DNA of 64,000 nucleotides from Callorhinchus milii (taxonomy: Eukaryota), in the NCBI RefSeq assembly GCF_018977255.1, contig NW_024704757.1:12648001-12712000 (forward strand), read 5' to 3'. The notes beneath the pieces were generated by a model. The model had not been told where the DNA came from. It saw only the letters and a program-made list of their open reading frames with translations, and searched no databases. This document shows, one piece after another, positions 50,428 through 63,750 of the stretch. Position numbers and translations under genes: made by a program. Position 1 is the first letter of the stretch. Every line of letters begins with the position of its first letter.

Positions 50428-51180
50428 CAACAACAACAACAACAAGATTCCATTTATAAAGCGCCTTTCACGTCAGGAGGACGTCCCAAGGCGCTGCACA
50501 GTTGGGTCAGGACCCGAGCAGGGGGGAAATGGTCAGGGTGAGGGGAGGGAAGGGAGGGAGCGAGCAGGGGGGAAATGGTCAGGGTGAGGGGAGGGAAGGG
50601 AGGGAGCGCGGAGGGGGGAAATGGTCAGGGTGAGGGGAGGGAAGGGAGGGAGCGAGGAGGGAGAAGAGAGTCGAGAGGGGAGCTGAAGGCTGAAGGTCAA
50701 AGAGAAAGGTCTTGAGACCGGCCTTGAAGGAGGAGAGGGAGGAAGCGGCGAAGGCACTGGGGGATAGAGTTCTAGAGCCTGGGGGCTGAGAGGCTGAAGG
50801 CCCGACCACCGATGGTAGGGCGATTGGGGCGGGGGACGTGGAGCAGACCGGGGCCGGAGGAACGGAGGGTACGGGAAGGTAGGTAGAGGGATAGTAGGTC
50901 AGAGAGGTAGGAGGGAGAGAGGCCGTGAATGGCCTTATAGGTGAGGATGAGGATCTTGAAATCAATCCTCTGGGGGATGGGGAGCTAGTGCAGGCGAGCG
51001 AGGGTGGGAGTGATGTGGTCGCGGTGTCTGGTGCGGGACAGTACACGAGCTGCAGAGTTCTGAATGACCTGCAGTGTGGAGGGAGGTGGCGGGAAGGCCG
51101 GCGAGGAGAGAGTTCCCATAGTCCAGCCTTGAGGTGACAAAGGCGTGAACCAGGTTTTCAGCAGCGTGAGGGGTGAGGTA
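50428..51180 (-). mobile_element. L2 LINE 3' fragment (second subfamily) with ~3x 46-bp G-rich tandem repeat at 50516-50660
   Basis: LQVIQNSAARVLSRTRHRDHITPTLARLH; tail (TTG)n. Confidence 0.9.
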
Positions 51181-54100
51181 GACTTTGAGCTCATTCGCCT
51201 GGTCTAGACTGACACTTGGATACAGTGTTGGGGGTGCACTGCATTGTTGGAGGTTTCATCTTTTGGATAAGATGTTAAACTGAGGTCTTATCTGTTCATG
51301 TGGGTTTTAAAGATCCCACAAAATTAAAAAAAAACACAAGGGAGTTTCTCTCAATGTTCTGCCCAATAATCCCCTGGATAAAATTGGTCATTCACTTCAT
51401 GGCTGTCTTTGTGCGCAAATTGATTGCTGTGTTCTCCTGTAAAATGCACAGTATTTGGCAGTAAATCCCATAAATGCTTTAAGACATCCTGCTGATGCGA
51501 AAGGAAGTATATTTAAATGCAAGGATTATTTTTATTAAATTATCATCAATGTTTCTTTTCCCCCTGCTTTCCTTCCTCCCTCGCACTGGGAATTTCTGTC
51601 ATCTCTTAATGCCTTCCTCGATCTGGAAGTGGAAACATGGAATAATGTGGGTTTGCTTTAAAGGGGAACCTTATCCTTGTTCCACTGAAAGCAAACAAAG
51701 CCTGAGAAATTCAATGCAATCTTCCTCTTCTGCAAAAGCCAGGTGAACCAAAGCATAATTGTTTGCTTGAATGTATTTCTAATGGTTTTAAATCATGCTG
51801 CAAGACAAATGAACTACAACAACAACTTGCACTTATATAGCACTTCTCATGCAGGGCAGCATTGCAGAGTGCTAATCTAACTACATTAGGCGAAAAACAA
51901 ATTCTAAAAACTGCTGAGAGAAACATTAATGAGGACTAATATTTAGCTCTTCTCAATATGAAATTTGATTATTGTCATGCTCTTATTTATATGGCATTCC
52001 AGATTTTTTTTTAAAAGGCCTCATTGATTTCTTTATTATGTATTTATTTAGCAATAATAGTGAATGTAAATGCTCGTGTAAAAACAAAAACATGACTTTT
52101 GGTCATTGTTATTGTTCTGGAAGTCTAGTTCTTGCTTTCAGAGGGCAATATTATGACTTCATGTTACTTTTCATTGCTGGAAAACAGTAAACACTCTACA
52201 TGTTCCACTCTACATGAGTAAATGTCTGCACTTCTTCAATGGGAAATGTCATGGTGCTTCACTGAAAAGGATCAAATGGCACATTTGCTTGATGAAGCAG
52301 TGTCAACGTGACATCAATCCAGTCACACAGTAAAAATGTTATTTGTGGCAGCAGTAAATGTGTTGAGGGACATGTTAATGTATGAGGTGTGGTGACGGGG
52401 CAAACCTATACCTTGTGTATGCACATCTTAATTTTGCAGATGTTTTACCAGTTGTTTAATCCACAAGTTGCATTAGTGCACTTCTAAACAAGCTGTACAT
52501 AAATAGATTGAAACTATTACCCAAGTCTGTCTTACGACTATTATTGAGCAGTTCACGATACTGAGAAAATATTACTCAATAATTGGCTGTTGCATGCAGC
52601 GACTTTGTCTGTTATAATGGAAAATATTATTAGGGCATAGTTTCTATTTTGATAATCGCGGAAAGCGTCTCTCCAAAAGTTATTAAATTTAAATGAAGCC
52701 TTTTAGCAGGTTGATTGCCAAACAAGATACCTAATGGAAAATTAATTTCAACTGAATTTTTAATGATCTGCAGAAGGGGAAAAAAAAAACGGTTTACCTG
52801 TTTGCAATACTTTCCATTTTGTGTTGCACATCAAAGCAATGAGAAAAACTCCTAAGTCATGCATACAGTATATCTAGATATTGTAAAGAAGTTCAAGAAC
52901 AATTGGAACTGTGGGTAAAGGTGCACATTGGGTGCAAAGTACATTATGAAGTTTAAAGTATTACAAAAAACATACAGCACGGAAACAGACCACTCAGCCC
53001 AACCAGTCTGTGCTAGTGTTCGTACTCCACACTAGTTTTCACCCATTCCTTACACCCTCCCATACCCTTCTAATCCCCTCTGCCTTATGTGAAGCTCAAG
53101 CTTCTTGTTGAATGCATTTATACTGATGTTTTCCTCTGCTTGAACACTGAAAGCATATGTTAGCCTATTAGTTTGCTTTTAAAGGGATTATCACTGTCGT
53201 GAAAAATTTGGATTTAGTGATTTACTATCTATTAATTATGTTTTCAGAAAGTAATATGTGATTAGCTGATGCCTTAAATAATCCTAGCATTTGATATAGC
53301 TCCTTTCACATTGAGAGGATGTCTCAAAACATTTCACAGGATTTACTGTCAAGTGTAGTGACTGTATTTTTGTAGGTGAACTTTCAACTAATCCTCAAAT
53401 AACTGATTGTAGTTATTTTCTCATTCATCTCCTTGCAACTCCTGGCTTCCCTCAGAACCTATTAACTTTCTACCATGTAGTCCTGTAACAATTACGGCAA
53501 TTTGGCCTTTTCAGCGGTCACGTCACAGGATTATTACTGAATCAGTTTCATTGAAACTGACAGTGTCGTTCTATAGCAGCAATCATTAATCTCCCAAGTG
53601 GAATTTGAGCTGCTTGGGGCCAGGCTGGAGCAATGCCAAGCATTCTGCTCTTCCCAACAGACAAGAGTAAAAACGCTATTAGTGTGTAATCTAACCTTTT
53701 CATAGAATATTTTGGATGTCAACGAACCTAAACAGGCCCCGTAAGTTTCTAAAGAAAGGAGTTTAGTGTAGCGAAACAGCAGTGCGGATATCTTATTAAT
53801 AATTTCGCTAGTGTTGAAAGCATGTGGTAACCTTTAGTATTTTCTAATTATGTGCATTCTACCATATGCTTTCAACAGATACCTCAGCATTTCATGGACA
53901 GATATGTTTGAATGACAAAGATTAGTCGGAAAATGTTTGCTGGAGATAGAACTTGAATAATATGAAATATTTATGTGAACTCCCACTCGGCTCCTGTTAA
54001 GCCTAGAAATCAAAGCCTCAATGGTATCGGTGGTTGTAGCTGGAAAAGAAGCAGAAAGCTTTCCAGATCAAGCTTGCAATGGCATTCTGCAGTTTTAGCT

Positions 54101-56377
54101 GGTTAAACTGCAGCATTACCCCAACATACAGTCTGGGGCTCCCAAACCGTGTCTTTTGCCAACGTGTGCCTAATGGTAATTGTAAGTGTTCAACGGTACA
54201 GATCTTAAATAATATTAAGAGGTAATTTCACTTGAACTACAATATAGCATCCTGGAGTTTGCAAGAAAGTTCACAAGTGCCCAATTGTTATAAAATGATA
54301 TTGTAGCTAGCAGATTTGAGACGGATTAAACATCCAGATCAGTAACTGGGAGATAAATGATAAATAAGTTTAATTCGATGGGGTGTTGCATCATAAGCTA
54401 TTGGATACCAATGAATGCTACTGATCTCTCCATTCGTTTCACAAACTAAATAAAGGGTGTGGGAGGTAAGGAAATATTGCTTACGTATATTGATACAAAC
54501 AGATATTAAAATGAAAGAAAGTCTACCTAATGATTTTGTTTTTTTATTTCCTTTTGCATACAGTCAAAATCCAACTGCAAACAGTGTACTTTGTGTATGA
54601 CTAGTTGTCATAAGACCTTGCTGAACAATTAATTTGCATGGATTGCAATGTTTGCAATAAGTTTGCCTGTGGTGAAATTGTGAGTAAATAACCATTCAGA
54701 AGCTAACAGATTGGCCTCTATTGCTTTTGTTTGAAAGGGGCCTATGCTGTTACCATGCCACCGCATGCAAAAAAAAAAGTAAATTAAAACAATAAACAGG
54801 CTGGTGGAAGATGAAGTATCACAAACACATTGAAACCAATGAATGTGACCGAAATAGTCTGCAAAAGAGCATCAAGGAATAAAATAAATGAGCAATTATA
54901 ATTGGAAAGGGAATGGTAAACAACTGAAAGAAAAGAAATCCCAGAAAGGGTCTGAAATGCCTTGACATGAGATTATCCTCTAACCTCTACTCTCCCTGCC
55001 CTCCACCCCTCCTGATCCCAATCCCCCATTTGGGTCCAAATCCCTGACTGTCCAGCTGCTCTCTTGTGTTAAAGAAAAGTAGTACTTTGGATCAGCACAA
55101 GATGAAAGAATATGCCTAATCTCTCAATGTAGAACTCTATCCCTCACTGTGCCTCAATCATAACCGTGTCACCTAAGGAGAAGGCCTTACTGAATAAAAT
55201 CATGAAGTATGTAGTGTTTATCAAACATAACGTTCTTCAATGAATTCTTGAATCGTGGAGTTGTGAAATCACCAAACAATGCCCACGTCCCTTAAACCTG
55301 TGTCAACATCATATGACACAGGGTTAAAACACTCAGATTGTCCTGCTGTATGTTTTAGGTCAGCCAATCAAGCAGTTGACAGGCAGTATGGATAAAAAGA
55401 AATCTGAAATAAGAAACAGAAAATGCCAAAAAAAAGTACGCAGGAGGATGTGAAAGAGAAGGACAGGTGTACATTCCAGAGGTGTAACACGTCAACAAAA
55501 CATGAGCATCATGTGACAAATAACATGGGAAAACAAACACCCATGTGAATTAAAGAGCAAACATCTGGCCCTGAAGTTTGGAGGTTGGCGTAGAAGTGAA
55601 CTGGGTGCTGTGTTTGATCTGGGCAAACAGAATGGGATGGGTGTGCTCTGCAATGTCTGTGAAATAAGTACGATCATAAATACAAAAGTAGACTTTGGCT
55701 TCTTTTGTCTTTGTCCTCTTTTGTTTGCTGGAATAGCCTGGGTTGTTTTCATCGCAATCTTGACGTACAAACAACAAGCATTGTAAACGAGAGAACATTT
55801 ATGGCCCATTTATGATAAATATGCATACTTGTTTTAGTTAACTCTGGTGTTGTTTAATGTTGGCAAGACATTGCAAGATCATCGTTAAGAGTTTGTCAGT
55901 GGCACAATTTAGTAAATATTTCACAGGCCATTTGGCAGTTTCATGATGTGCGCAAGAAGTTCATACTAACATCCTGAACACAATCTGATTGACTCAAATC
56001 CAGGTCCTAGCCATCCTAAATTTGGCTTCACGTTCAGAGAATAGAAAACCCTGTGAAGGGCTTTGAGGCATCCTCCCAGCGTGCAAGGCAGGGTATCCAA
56101 ATGCTAGGAACTTAATTTGATTTAGTTGGCTTAAGAAATTGCTGTTGGTAGGTTCAGTCAGATACGATTTGGTTCACCCCACTGCGGACCTCAGATCAGA
56201 AACTACCTGCGGGAGTATATCAAATACAAGGAGTATTTATTTGAAGTGTTGCTACACTTGAATGAAAGAGTTAGTGGAACAAAAGTCTGCTTTCATGTCG
56301 ACTGAACTTTTACATTTGGTGCTCAATTCATGGTAAAATAAATTCAATTGAAACTGTTCCCACAGTCGGCATTTGAG

Positions 56378-56693
56378 AATAATAATAATCCTTGCATTTG
56401 ATATAGCGCTTTTCACGTCGGGAGGACGTCCCAAAGCGCTTCACAGAACACACTGTAAAGTGAATTGACTGTATATTTGTGGGCGAACGCGGCAGCCAAT
56501 TGCGCACAGCAATGTCCCACAAACAGCCGTAGATTGAAAATGACCAATTTATTATTGTTTTGGTTTTTGGAGGGATTATTATTAGGCTCTGTGTGGAGTA
56601 AGGAAACTTGCCCAAGGTTTCGCCCTCTGCCTGGAATTGAACTCAGGTCTCTCGCTTGCAAAGCGAGTGCTCTAACCACTGAGTTACAGGACT
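56378..56693 (-). mobile_element. Young full-length tRNA-SINE, near-identical to 30863-31198
   Basis: ORF translations in three frames are almost identical to those of the 30863 copy. Confidence 0.93.
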
Positions 56694-57239
56694 GATGTGA
56701 TTGGATCTCACAGTACATAACAACAATTTATGTTGAGTCTTTCATGGCGGGTGTATGTTTTACACAGCTGACTGGTAGCCTCAGCTGGTGGGGGCGGGGG
56801 AGGGAGAAGGCAGCCAAAAATGCTGTCGAAGAGATAAGAATGATTTAATGACTAGATTAGGAATTTGTTGTGCCCATGGCTTTCGTGTGTATATTGAGAG
56901 GAGCTGTAACCTGAGAAGCTATTTTACTGTAATAGTTAATGATTTACTTGTGCATCATTTCTTTATTACCACATTTGTTCGTGTTTACTCAGCCACCTGG
57001 TTCAAGTACCAGCTTGTAATTGAATGTCTTGAGAAAAGAAAGGTTCTTTCCGATAAATCTTATTTGTAATAAAAGCACTGGTACTTTGACGAAGGCTTCA
57101 AATAATGATTTTAAGAAACAGTACAATGGAAAATTTAGAACTGTAAGGATTCACTGAAAATTTCAGTGAAATGTATAAGAAATGTATAAGTGCCGTGCAT
57201 ATACAATACCAATATATCTGTACTCTATTCTCTCAAATT

Positions 57240-58624
57240 ACCGCCCCATCTCCAACCTTCCTTTCCAAGGTCCGGAATGAGTCCTTGCTTCTCCCTCTCC
57301 CACCATTCCCTTCACGAACCCCTCCAACTGGGTTTCTGTGCCACTCACAGCACAGAAACAGCTTTGTCAAAGTGACAAATTACATTTTGTTCATCTGCGA
57401 CCAGGGTTCCCCCTGCCTCCTCATCCTTCTTGACCTCTCTGCTGCCTTCAATACTGTTAGCTGCTCTATCCTCCTCCACCGCCTCTCCTCTCACCTCAAC
57501 CTTCACGGCTCTGTCTTTGAATGGTTCAGATCCTACCTCTCACACCATCTCCACTTCATCTCCACAAACAGCTTCTCCTCTATCCCCCGCACTGTCTCGT
57601 GTGCCATTCCTCTGTCCTTGGTCCCCTCCTTTTCAATATTTATATGCTCCCTCTTAGTGACATCATCCGCAGACATGGGGTCACTTCCACATGTATGTTG
57701 ATAACACCCAACTCTATCTCTCTGCTTCCACCCTTGACTCCAGGACCACTGCTGTGCTGACAGAATGTCTGTCAGACATCAAGTCCTGGATGAGAGCTAA
57801 CTTTTTCCAGGTGAACATCAACAAGACCGAGGCTCTCCTGATTGGCAGCATCACCATCCAAGGTTGCACACTCCACCTTCCTAAGCCAGTCCGGAAACTT
57901 GGCGTCTTGTTTGACCCTCAACTGCCTTTCTACATCCGTGCCATGACTCGCTCTGCCTTCCCCCACCTCCGCGCGGTTCCGCCAGTCTCACACCACACGT
58001 CGCTGAGACCCTCATACACACATTCATAACATCCAGGCTCGACTTCACAAACTTCCTGCTTGTAGGCCTCTCCCAACTCCTCCCTCCATAGGCTGCAGAT
58101 CATCCAGAACTCTGCAACCCATGTCATCTCCTGCACCAGGCTCTGCAACCCTATCACCTCCATTCTCGCTCGACTTCACTGGCTTCCCATCACACAGAGG
58201 ATACAGTTCAAGATCCTGGTCCTCACCTTCAAAGCCCTCCATGGCCTTGCTCCCCCCCTACCTCTGCGACTTCCTAACCCCCTACCAACCTGCCCACTCC
58301 CTCTGCTCAGCGGGCTCTTTTCTGCTTCATGTCCCCCGCCTCATCCATCCCACCATTAGCAGGTGGGCCTTCAGCCACTCTGCCCCCACCCTTTGGAACT
58401 CCATCCCGCAGTCTCTCCACCTCGCCCCCTCCCTTGCCTCCTTCAAGACCCGTCACAAGACCCTCCTCTTTGACTGTGCCTTCAGTCACCCTCCTTCCCC
58501 ACCTCCCGCCCTCCATCCTCCCCGATCCCGACCCTCAGCTCGGGTCCGAAACATTAATTGTCCAGCGCCTTGGGACATCCTCCCGATGTGACAGGTGCTG
58601 TACAAATGTAATTTTGTTGTTGTT
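57240..58624 (+). mobile_element. 5'-truncated, frameshifted L2 LINE (RT domain + 3'UTR)
   Basis: HSTETAL, LILLDLSAAFNTV, VLGPLLFNIYMLPL, YVDNTQLY (degenerate YADD), WMRANFFQVNINKTE; tail aatgtaattttgttgttgtt. Confidence 0.93.
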
Positions 58625-58949
58625 CACTATGAAGTAAGCCATGGTAGTCTCCACAGGGAGTTGTGGCTGGGTATGAAAGGAATTGTGCTTGTCTAAACTT
58701 TAAAAGAAAAGAAAATATCTCTTCCTCAAAAATAGCTTCAAGATTTGAATTTTTGAGGATAAAACATGAAACCCTAGAAATGTCATGTGCNAAAAAAATT
58801 AATGAAACTCTATAAAGTATTGTGCTGTGTTTTGTGTCATTGAATCAATACTTTCTTTTAAAGGTGGAGGACGATACCAGGAGTCTGGTGCGTGGGCACA
58901 GACTTAAAAATTGAAGTTGCTATCCTTTAAACAGGGGAGACCTGTTGAC

Positions 58950-59026
58950 ATGTTCCACCCGGAAAATGATGAAGGGTGTGAAAATCAAGCGTATTACCAT
59001 TCGGAAACACTGGAAATGGACAGAAG
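58950..59026 (+). CDS. TMC5: Probable TMC5 first coding exon
   Basis: MFHPENDEGCENQAYYHSETLEMDR-AG|GTAATC; phase 2 joins exon 61928. Upstream acceptor TTTAAACAG at 58934. Confidence 0.55.
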
Positions 59027-61274
59027 GTAATCATTGAATATTAATTAATCATAAAGCGATTTAGAGATTATTGTTAATCATTGTTAACCAAACATTGGAA
59101 ATCACCAGAGGGTAATCATTGAAAAGAGGCAATAAGAGATTTATATTTTTTGTTAATCATTATACACAGTATTCTAGATGTATACATAGATTATATAGAA
59201 CTTTGCAGCAGGCAAACAGGCCGTTCAACCCAACTAGTCTATGGTAGAATTTATACTCCAAATGAACTTCCACCCATTCTAATCCCTTATCCATCAATTT
59301 TGCAGGGCTATGGGAAGAGAGCGGTGGGGTGGGGGGGGGGTGGGGGTGGAATTGATTTTCCTGGTTCTTTTCAAAGAGCCAGCACAGAAACGATGGGCCG
59401 AATGGCCTCCTTCTGTGCTGTACAATTCTATGATTCTATGAATCTATGCAAAACCATAAAACATTTCCTTGTTTAAAGCAGTCCATCCTTAAAGGATAAA
59501 GGAGCATGTTCTTGTTTTACCTGTGAATGCAAATGTAATTTGTTGTTGTTGAATGAAAAGTGATATGATTGTTGACATGACGGCATCGTCATGGCTGCTC
59601 TGAAAACATTCAATGTGTAAAATCTGTTTAATAAAAAAGCTCCGAAACACTATGGAGCAGGAAATCATATTTGTTCTCGCAAACCTAACAACATTTCATT
59701 GAATCGGGACTGTTCAATGACATCAGGAGCAAAGCTCCAGTGTCAATTCCTGTTTGTATTATATTATTATGTCAAACTGCAGGCAGGAATTTAAGGCTTG
59801 GTATAACTAACAGGTTTGATAATAAAAAAATTGGAAACTTTAGGTCATGGACACGTTAGTGTCTGTACTGGGTGACTATCACGAGGGAATTATTATTGCA
59901 CAACTTCCTTTTATCGTAAAGGTACATTCTACTATTTCAATTTCCTTATTATGGACAAGTGGCAGAGATAAGACCTATTTTTCCAATGCTATGTCTCAGT
60001 AGCATTGGTGAATGGCTCCTTTTCTACTTCATGTCTGTAGCTGCGTTAATACAGCTCTGGATTAAGGGAAAGAGAGCTATGTACAGTGTCGTTGGAAGCT
60101 GATTATACACACTAAATAGGACCAGCCAATTTCCTCACAAAGAGCTGGGGAGTTGCGTCCCTGACAACTTTACATACACATATAGAAATTTATAGGTGTG
60201 CAACCGGATATCTTTTGTCTATAATAATAATAATAATCTTTGCGTGTTGATAATAATCCTTGCATTTGATATAGCGCCATATCACGTCTTCGAGACGTCT
60301 CAAAGCGCTTCACAGAATATACTGTAAAGTGAATTGACTGTATGTTTTGTGGGCGGAATGCGGATAACTGGAGTGCAAGTAAACAACATCCCACAGTATG
60401 TGTAAACTGAAACCTGGTAGGACCATGTTCTACCAACAGGTTCCCTATTACTCTTAATGTTAGTGGAAGCTCTCCTCTCAATGCCAGAAGAACCATGCAT
60501 GGATTATAGGGAGTGATTACTCTACTTTAATCAGTATATGTAGACAGGAGTATAAATCCCAACATTTAGCAGTGAGAATTGAATCTCCAGGTTCGTTTAT
60601 AGCCCTGACATTTTTGACCTAATAAACTGGAGGAACAGTTTGATGGGCTGAATGGCCTCCTCCTGTTCCCCGCTTTTCCAATGCTCATTATATGGCGTCA
60701 TTCCTCCTCTGATATTATCTGTAACATATGCTGTTTTAAGAGTAGCTTATTATCCGTGACATTGGTGCTGCGTTTGTAGGTCGTGTAGGGCAGAGAAGGA
60801 ACAGATTTCACATAGGGAGCTGTTTTTAACTCTTTAGCAGAGAGTTCTCATGCTGTAATTCAATTGCTTGTGCATAAATTCTTTCTCTCCTGTTGCAAAT
60901 AGTATCGAAATCAAGGTCTCCAGAGGCGAGGTAATGCAATATTTATGCCGCTGTTGTTTTTGAGGGCTCATTATTTTCACCCCCAAGTCCCTTGTGGATT
61001 TCTCTGGCAAACTCTTAACACCTGAGAACAGAGGAGTAAAAACAATCGCGGAAAAGTTCCATGGTCTTTTTAAATTGTGTGATTACTGGTTCAGGTTACA
61101 GAAAAATAAACTGCAGGGCGCGCAAGGAAAAGGCTACACCCACCACATCTAATGACTTACTACGTCATTAATATCCTGAAGAATCATGAGAGACAAGTGT
61201 TTGCTGCACAAGGTATCATCAAAGGGTAGAGATACAGAGACCTGTGAAGCCACTTCACCTGCTGTAAAAGAACA

Positions 61275-61622
61275 AAAACAAAATTACATTTGTATAGCGC
61301 CTTTATGTTGGGAGGATGTCCCAAGGCGCTGGACAGACAAGACAGTTTTGGACCCGGGCTGGGGGTCAGGATTGGGAAGGGTGAAGGGTAAGGGGGAATG
61401 CAGGGTGATCGAAACCCCGGTCGAAGAGGAGGGTCTTGAGATGGGTCTTGAAGGAGGCGAGGGAGGGGGCGAAGCAGAGGGACTGCGGGATGGAGTTCCA
61501 GAGTGGGGGCAGAATGGCTGAAGGCCCACCTGCCAATGGTGGGGCAGGCGAGACAGGAGACGTCAAGCAGGCTGGAGCCCGCTGAGCGGAGGGAGCGGGT
61601 AGGATGGTAGGGGGTTAGGAGA
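61275..61622 (-). mobile_element. L2 3' fragment
   Basis: LWNSIPQSLCFAPSLASFKTHLKTLLFD; tail matches other L2 copies. Confidence 0.88.
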
Positions 61623-61927
61623 TACTGGATGCTGGAATTCTTATTTCTGCATTCTCATTGCAGAATACTTCAGTTAAAAAATCATTAATATTGAACCGAT
61701 CCGTTTAAGGTTTATGCTCGCAGTTTGATGCAGTTGAGTTAATGTTTAGTGTTGTCACCTAACTGTACTTTCTGGCTTCTGATGGAGAAAGGAGTGCTCA
61801 GCTGGGACCTTCACAGATCTGCAGCAGGTTTCTGCTTGGTGTCGATAATACCTTGCCAAACAAAAGTGAAAACTGCAAGTCCACAGATACACCAACAAAT
61901 ACAGCACTTTGTTTTCTGCTTCATTAG

Positions 61928-62127
61928 GCCACAGGACTGGACGTTAGGTTACCATTCCCGGTCTCCAGTACAGCCTCCGTACCAACTGCCTCCATATGAT
62001 TCACCAGAACTTCAGAGACGATGGAACCAGCCACAGATTATACCGATGATATCGATCAGGCGAGAGCGTGATGCTGCGAGCCCACGAGTCACTCGTATGA
62101 ATCTGTATGAAGACGAGGACAGATACG
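61928..62127 (+). CDS. TMC5: Probable TMC5 coding exon 2
   Basis: Acceptor TTCATTAG|G; PQDWTLGYHSRSPVQPPYQLPPY..IIPMISI..YEDEDRY-G|GTATGT; phases fit on both sides. Confidence 0.6.
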
Positions 62128-62421
62128 GTATGTTTCCTTTACTGCCCGTTTACAACTTTTCATTGACAACCAGGACTTGTGGTTCAATCACTGACTTTTA
62201 CTCCGCTTACGTTCCAGTTTATCTAAAGATTTGTGATGCTCAACATCAGTCGTGCGTCTCTAACGTTGAGGCATTTTTGTTATGATAAAGTCCTCTGATT
62301 TATTTGTTAAAAGCCTTTTGTTTGGTTTTGCAGCATCCTTCTAAATTCAGTCACTGCAATCTTTAGAACGTCTTGTCTTCAGTCCGTTCACTAATTGTAA
62401 CGTTCTGTTCTATTCTATTAG

Positions 62422-62556
62422 TTAACCCGGGGTTTGAGCCCATTCTGGATGATTTTGGAAGCTCTTCTTCAAGTACCTATGATGGATACAATGAGAGAGG
62501 AAGATCCTTCCTTCCAGGCAGTGACACAGATACAGAAACGTCAAGCAGATCACAAG
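62422..62556 (+). CDS. TMC5: Probable TMC5 coding exon 3 (gene continues beyond window)
   Basis: (V)NPGFEPILDDFGSSSSSTYDG..SSRSQ-G|GTATCT; YVNPxF..SQG recalls the TMC5 N-terminal YVNPAY..SPQG segment; synteny with TMC7/COQ7. Confidence 0.6.
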
Positions 62557-63554
62557 GTATCTAACAAACTATTTTATTGTGTCCCAAAGTATTTCTGTTA
62601 TTTTGAATACAGATTGATTGAGCAGTGATAGAAAGTACGCTGTTTAAACGGTGAACCTATGAAGTGACCTTTTGCAGCACTGTTCGTAGTTTCTACTGAA
62701 CCACCCAGTTATTAGAGCTGTTATGTGAGTCACATTAACTGAAGTGGATAGCAGTTTAAATCTATCTTTCGGAAATAAAACGCTATTGTGGGTGATATCA
62801 TTGATGTCTCTTTGTCCCACAGTATTAATGTATGGTGTTCTGTAGTTGAACAAATAATATTCATAATAAATGAAACCTGGAACAGGCACTTTAGGTGAGT
62901 TTCAGTTGAGCATGTTTTGAATAAGAATATTATCATTAAATGATGGCCGTTTAACTCACTTCTTATTGCTTTCATTATTATTATTACTGTAGGGCAATGA
63001 TGTAGGGCAACAGCAAGGTTGAAAGGAGTGAAAGAGGACAAACAAAATCAAAAAATAGTGATGAGGTAATACAAAGCTTGGGTTTCAAAAACCTTTACTT
63101 TGTACTTTGTAATGAAAACAATGTTATTGACAGACAAAAGTCACACTGAAGTTACATTGTGGTGTAAACTGTGACAGGTTATTTTGATTACTTCTTTAGG
63201 TAATAATACCTGGCAATTCTGGCAGAACAGTGCAATAATTTTGCAGTGAGGAAATTAGACCATAATAATTTACTAAATAGTTATTGTCGGCAGCACAGAC
63301 ACCCTCTCTCTAAAGAATTCTCCTGTAAATCCTTGTAGCTTCTGACAGAATCTAATTAAGCAAAGAGAATAAAGGGAATAAAGGCTTGTGTGTTCACTGG
63401 TCTGAGTATATTTTTGATGTTTACTAGAACACTTTAGTCTTCAATATACACCTTGTCTACGATTCGTGACCTCAGTCATTAAGAGCAGGTTTGCTTGATC
63501 ACGAGGGAAATATACGCGGTGTAAAAGGTGCTATAGAAATGTGTATATTTGCGT

Positions 63555-63750
63555 TGGATGGGATCTTTAACGTCCATCTGAACAGGCAAGTTTAACGTCT
63601 CATCTAAAGGATGGCACCTCCGACAATGCAGTGGGCTGCCTAAGAAATGCACTCGAATATCGGCCTGGACTTGAGTTCAAAGTACCGATGTAGGGCTTGA
63701 ATCCACAAATTTGTGACTCTGAGGCGAGAGCACTAGTAGCTACTGAGGCG
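63555..63750 (-). mobile_element. DeuSINE-like element with tRNA-like head
   Basis: ggatctttaacgtccatctga..tttaacgtctcatctaaaggatggcacctccgacaatgcag..ggcttgaatccac. Confidence 0.65.

Noticed and set aside
57171-58637. Active or domesticated reverse transcriptase
   Set aside because: Multiple frameshifts, YADD degenerated to YVDN, 5' truncated.
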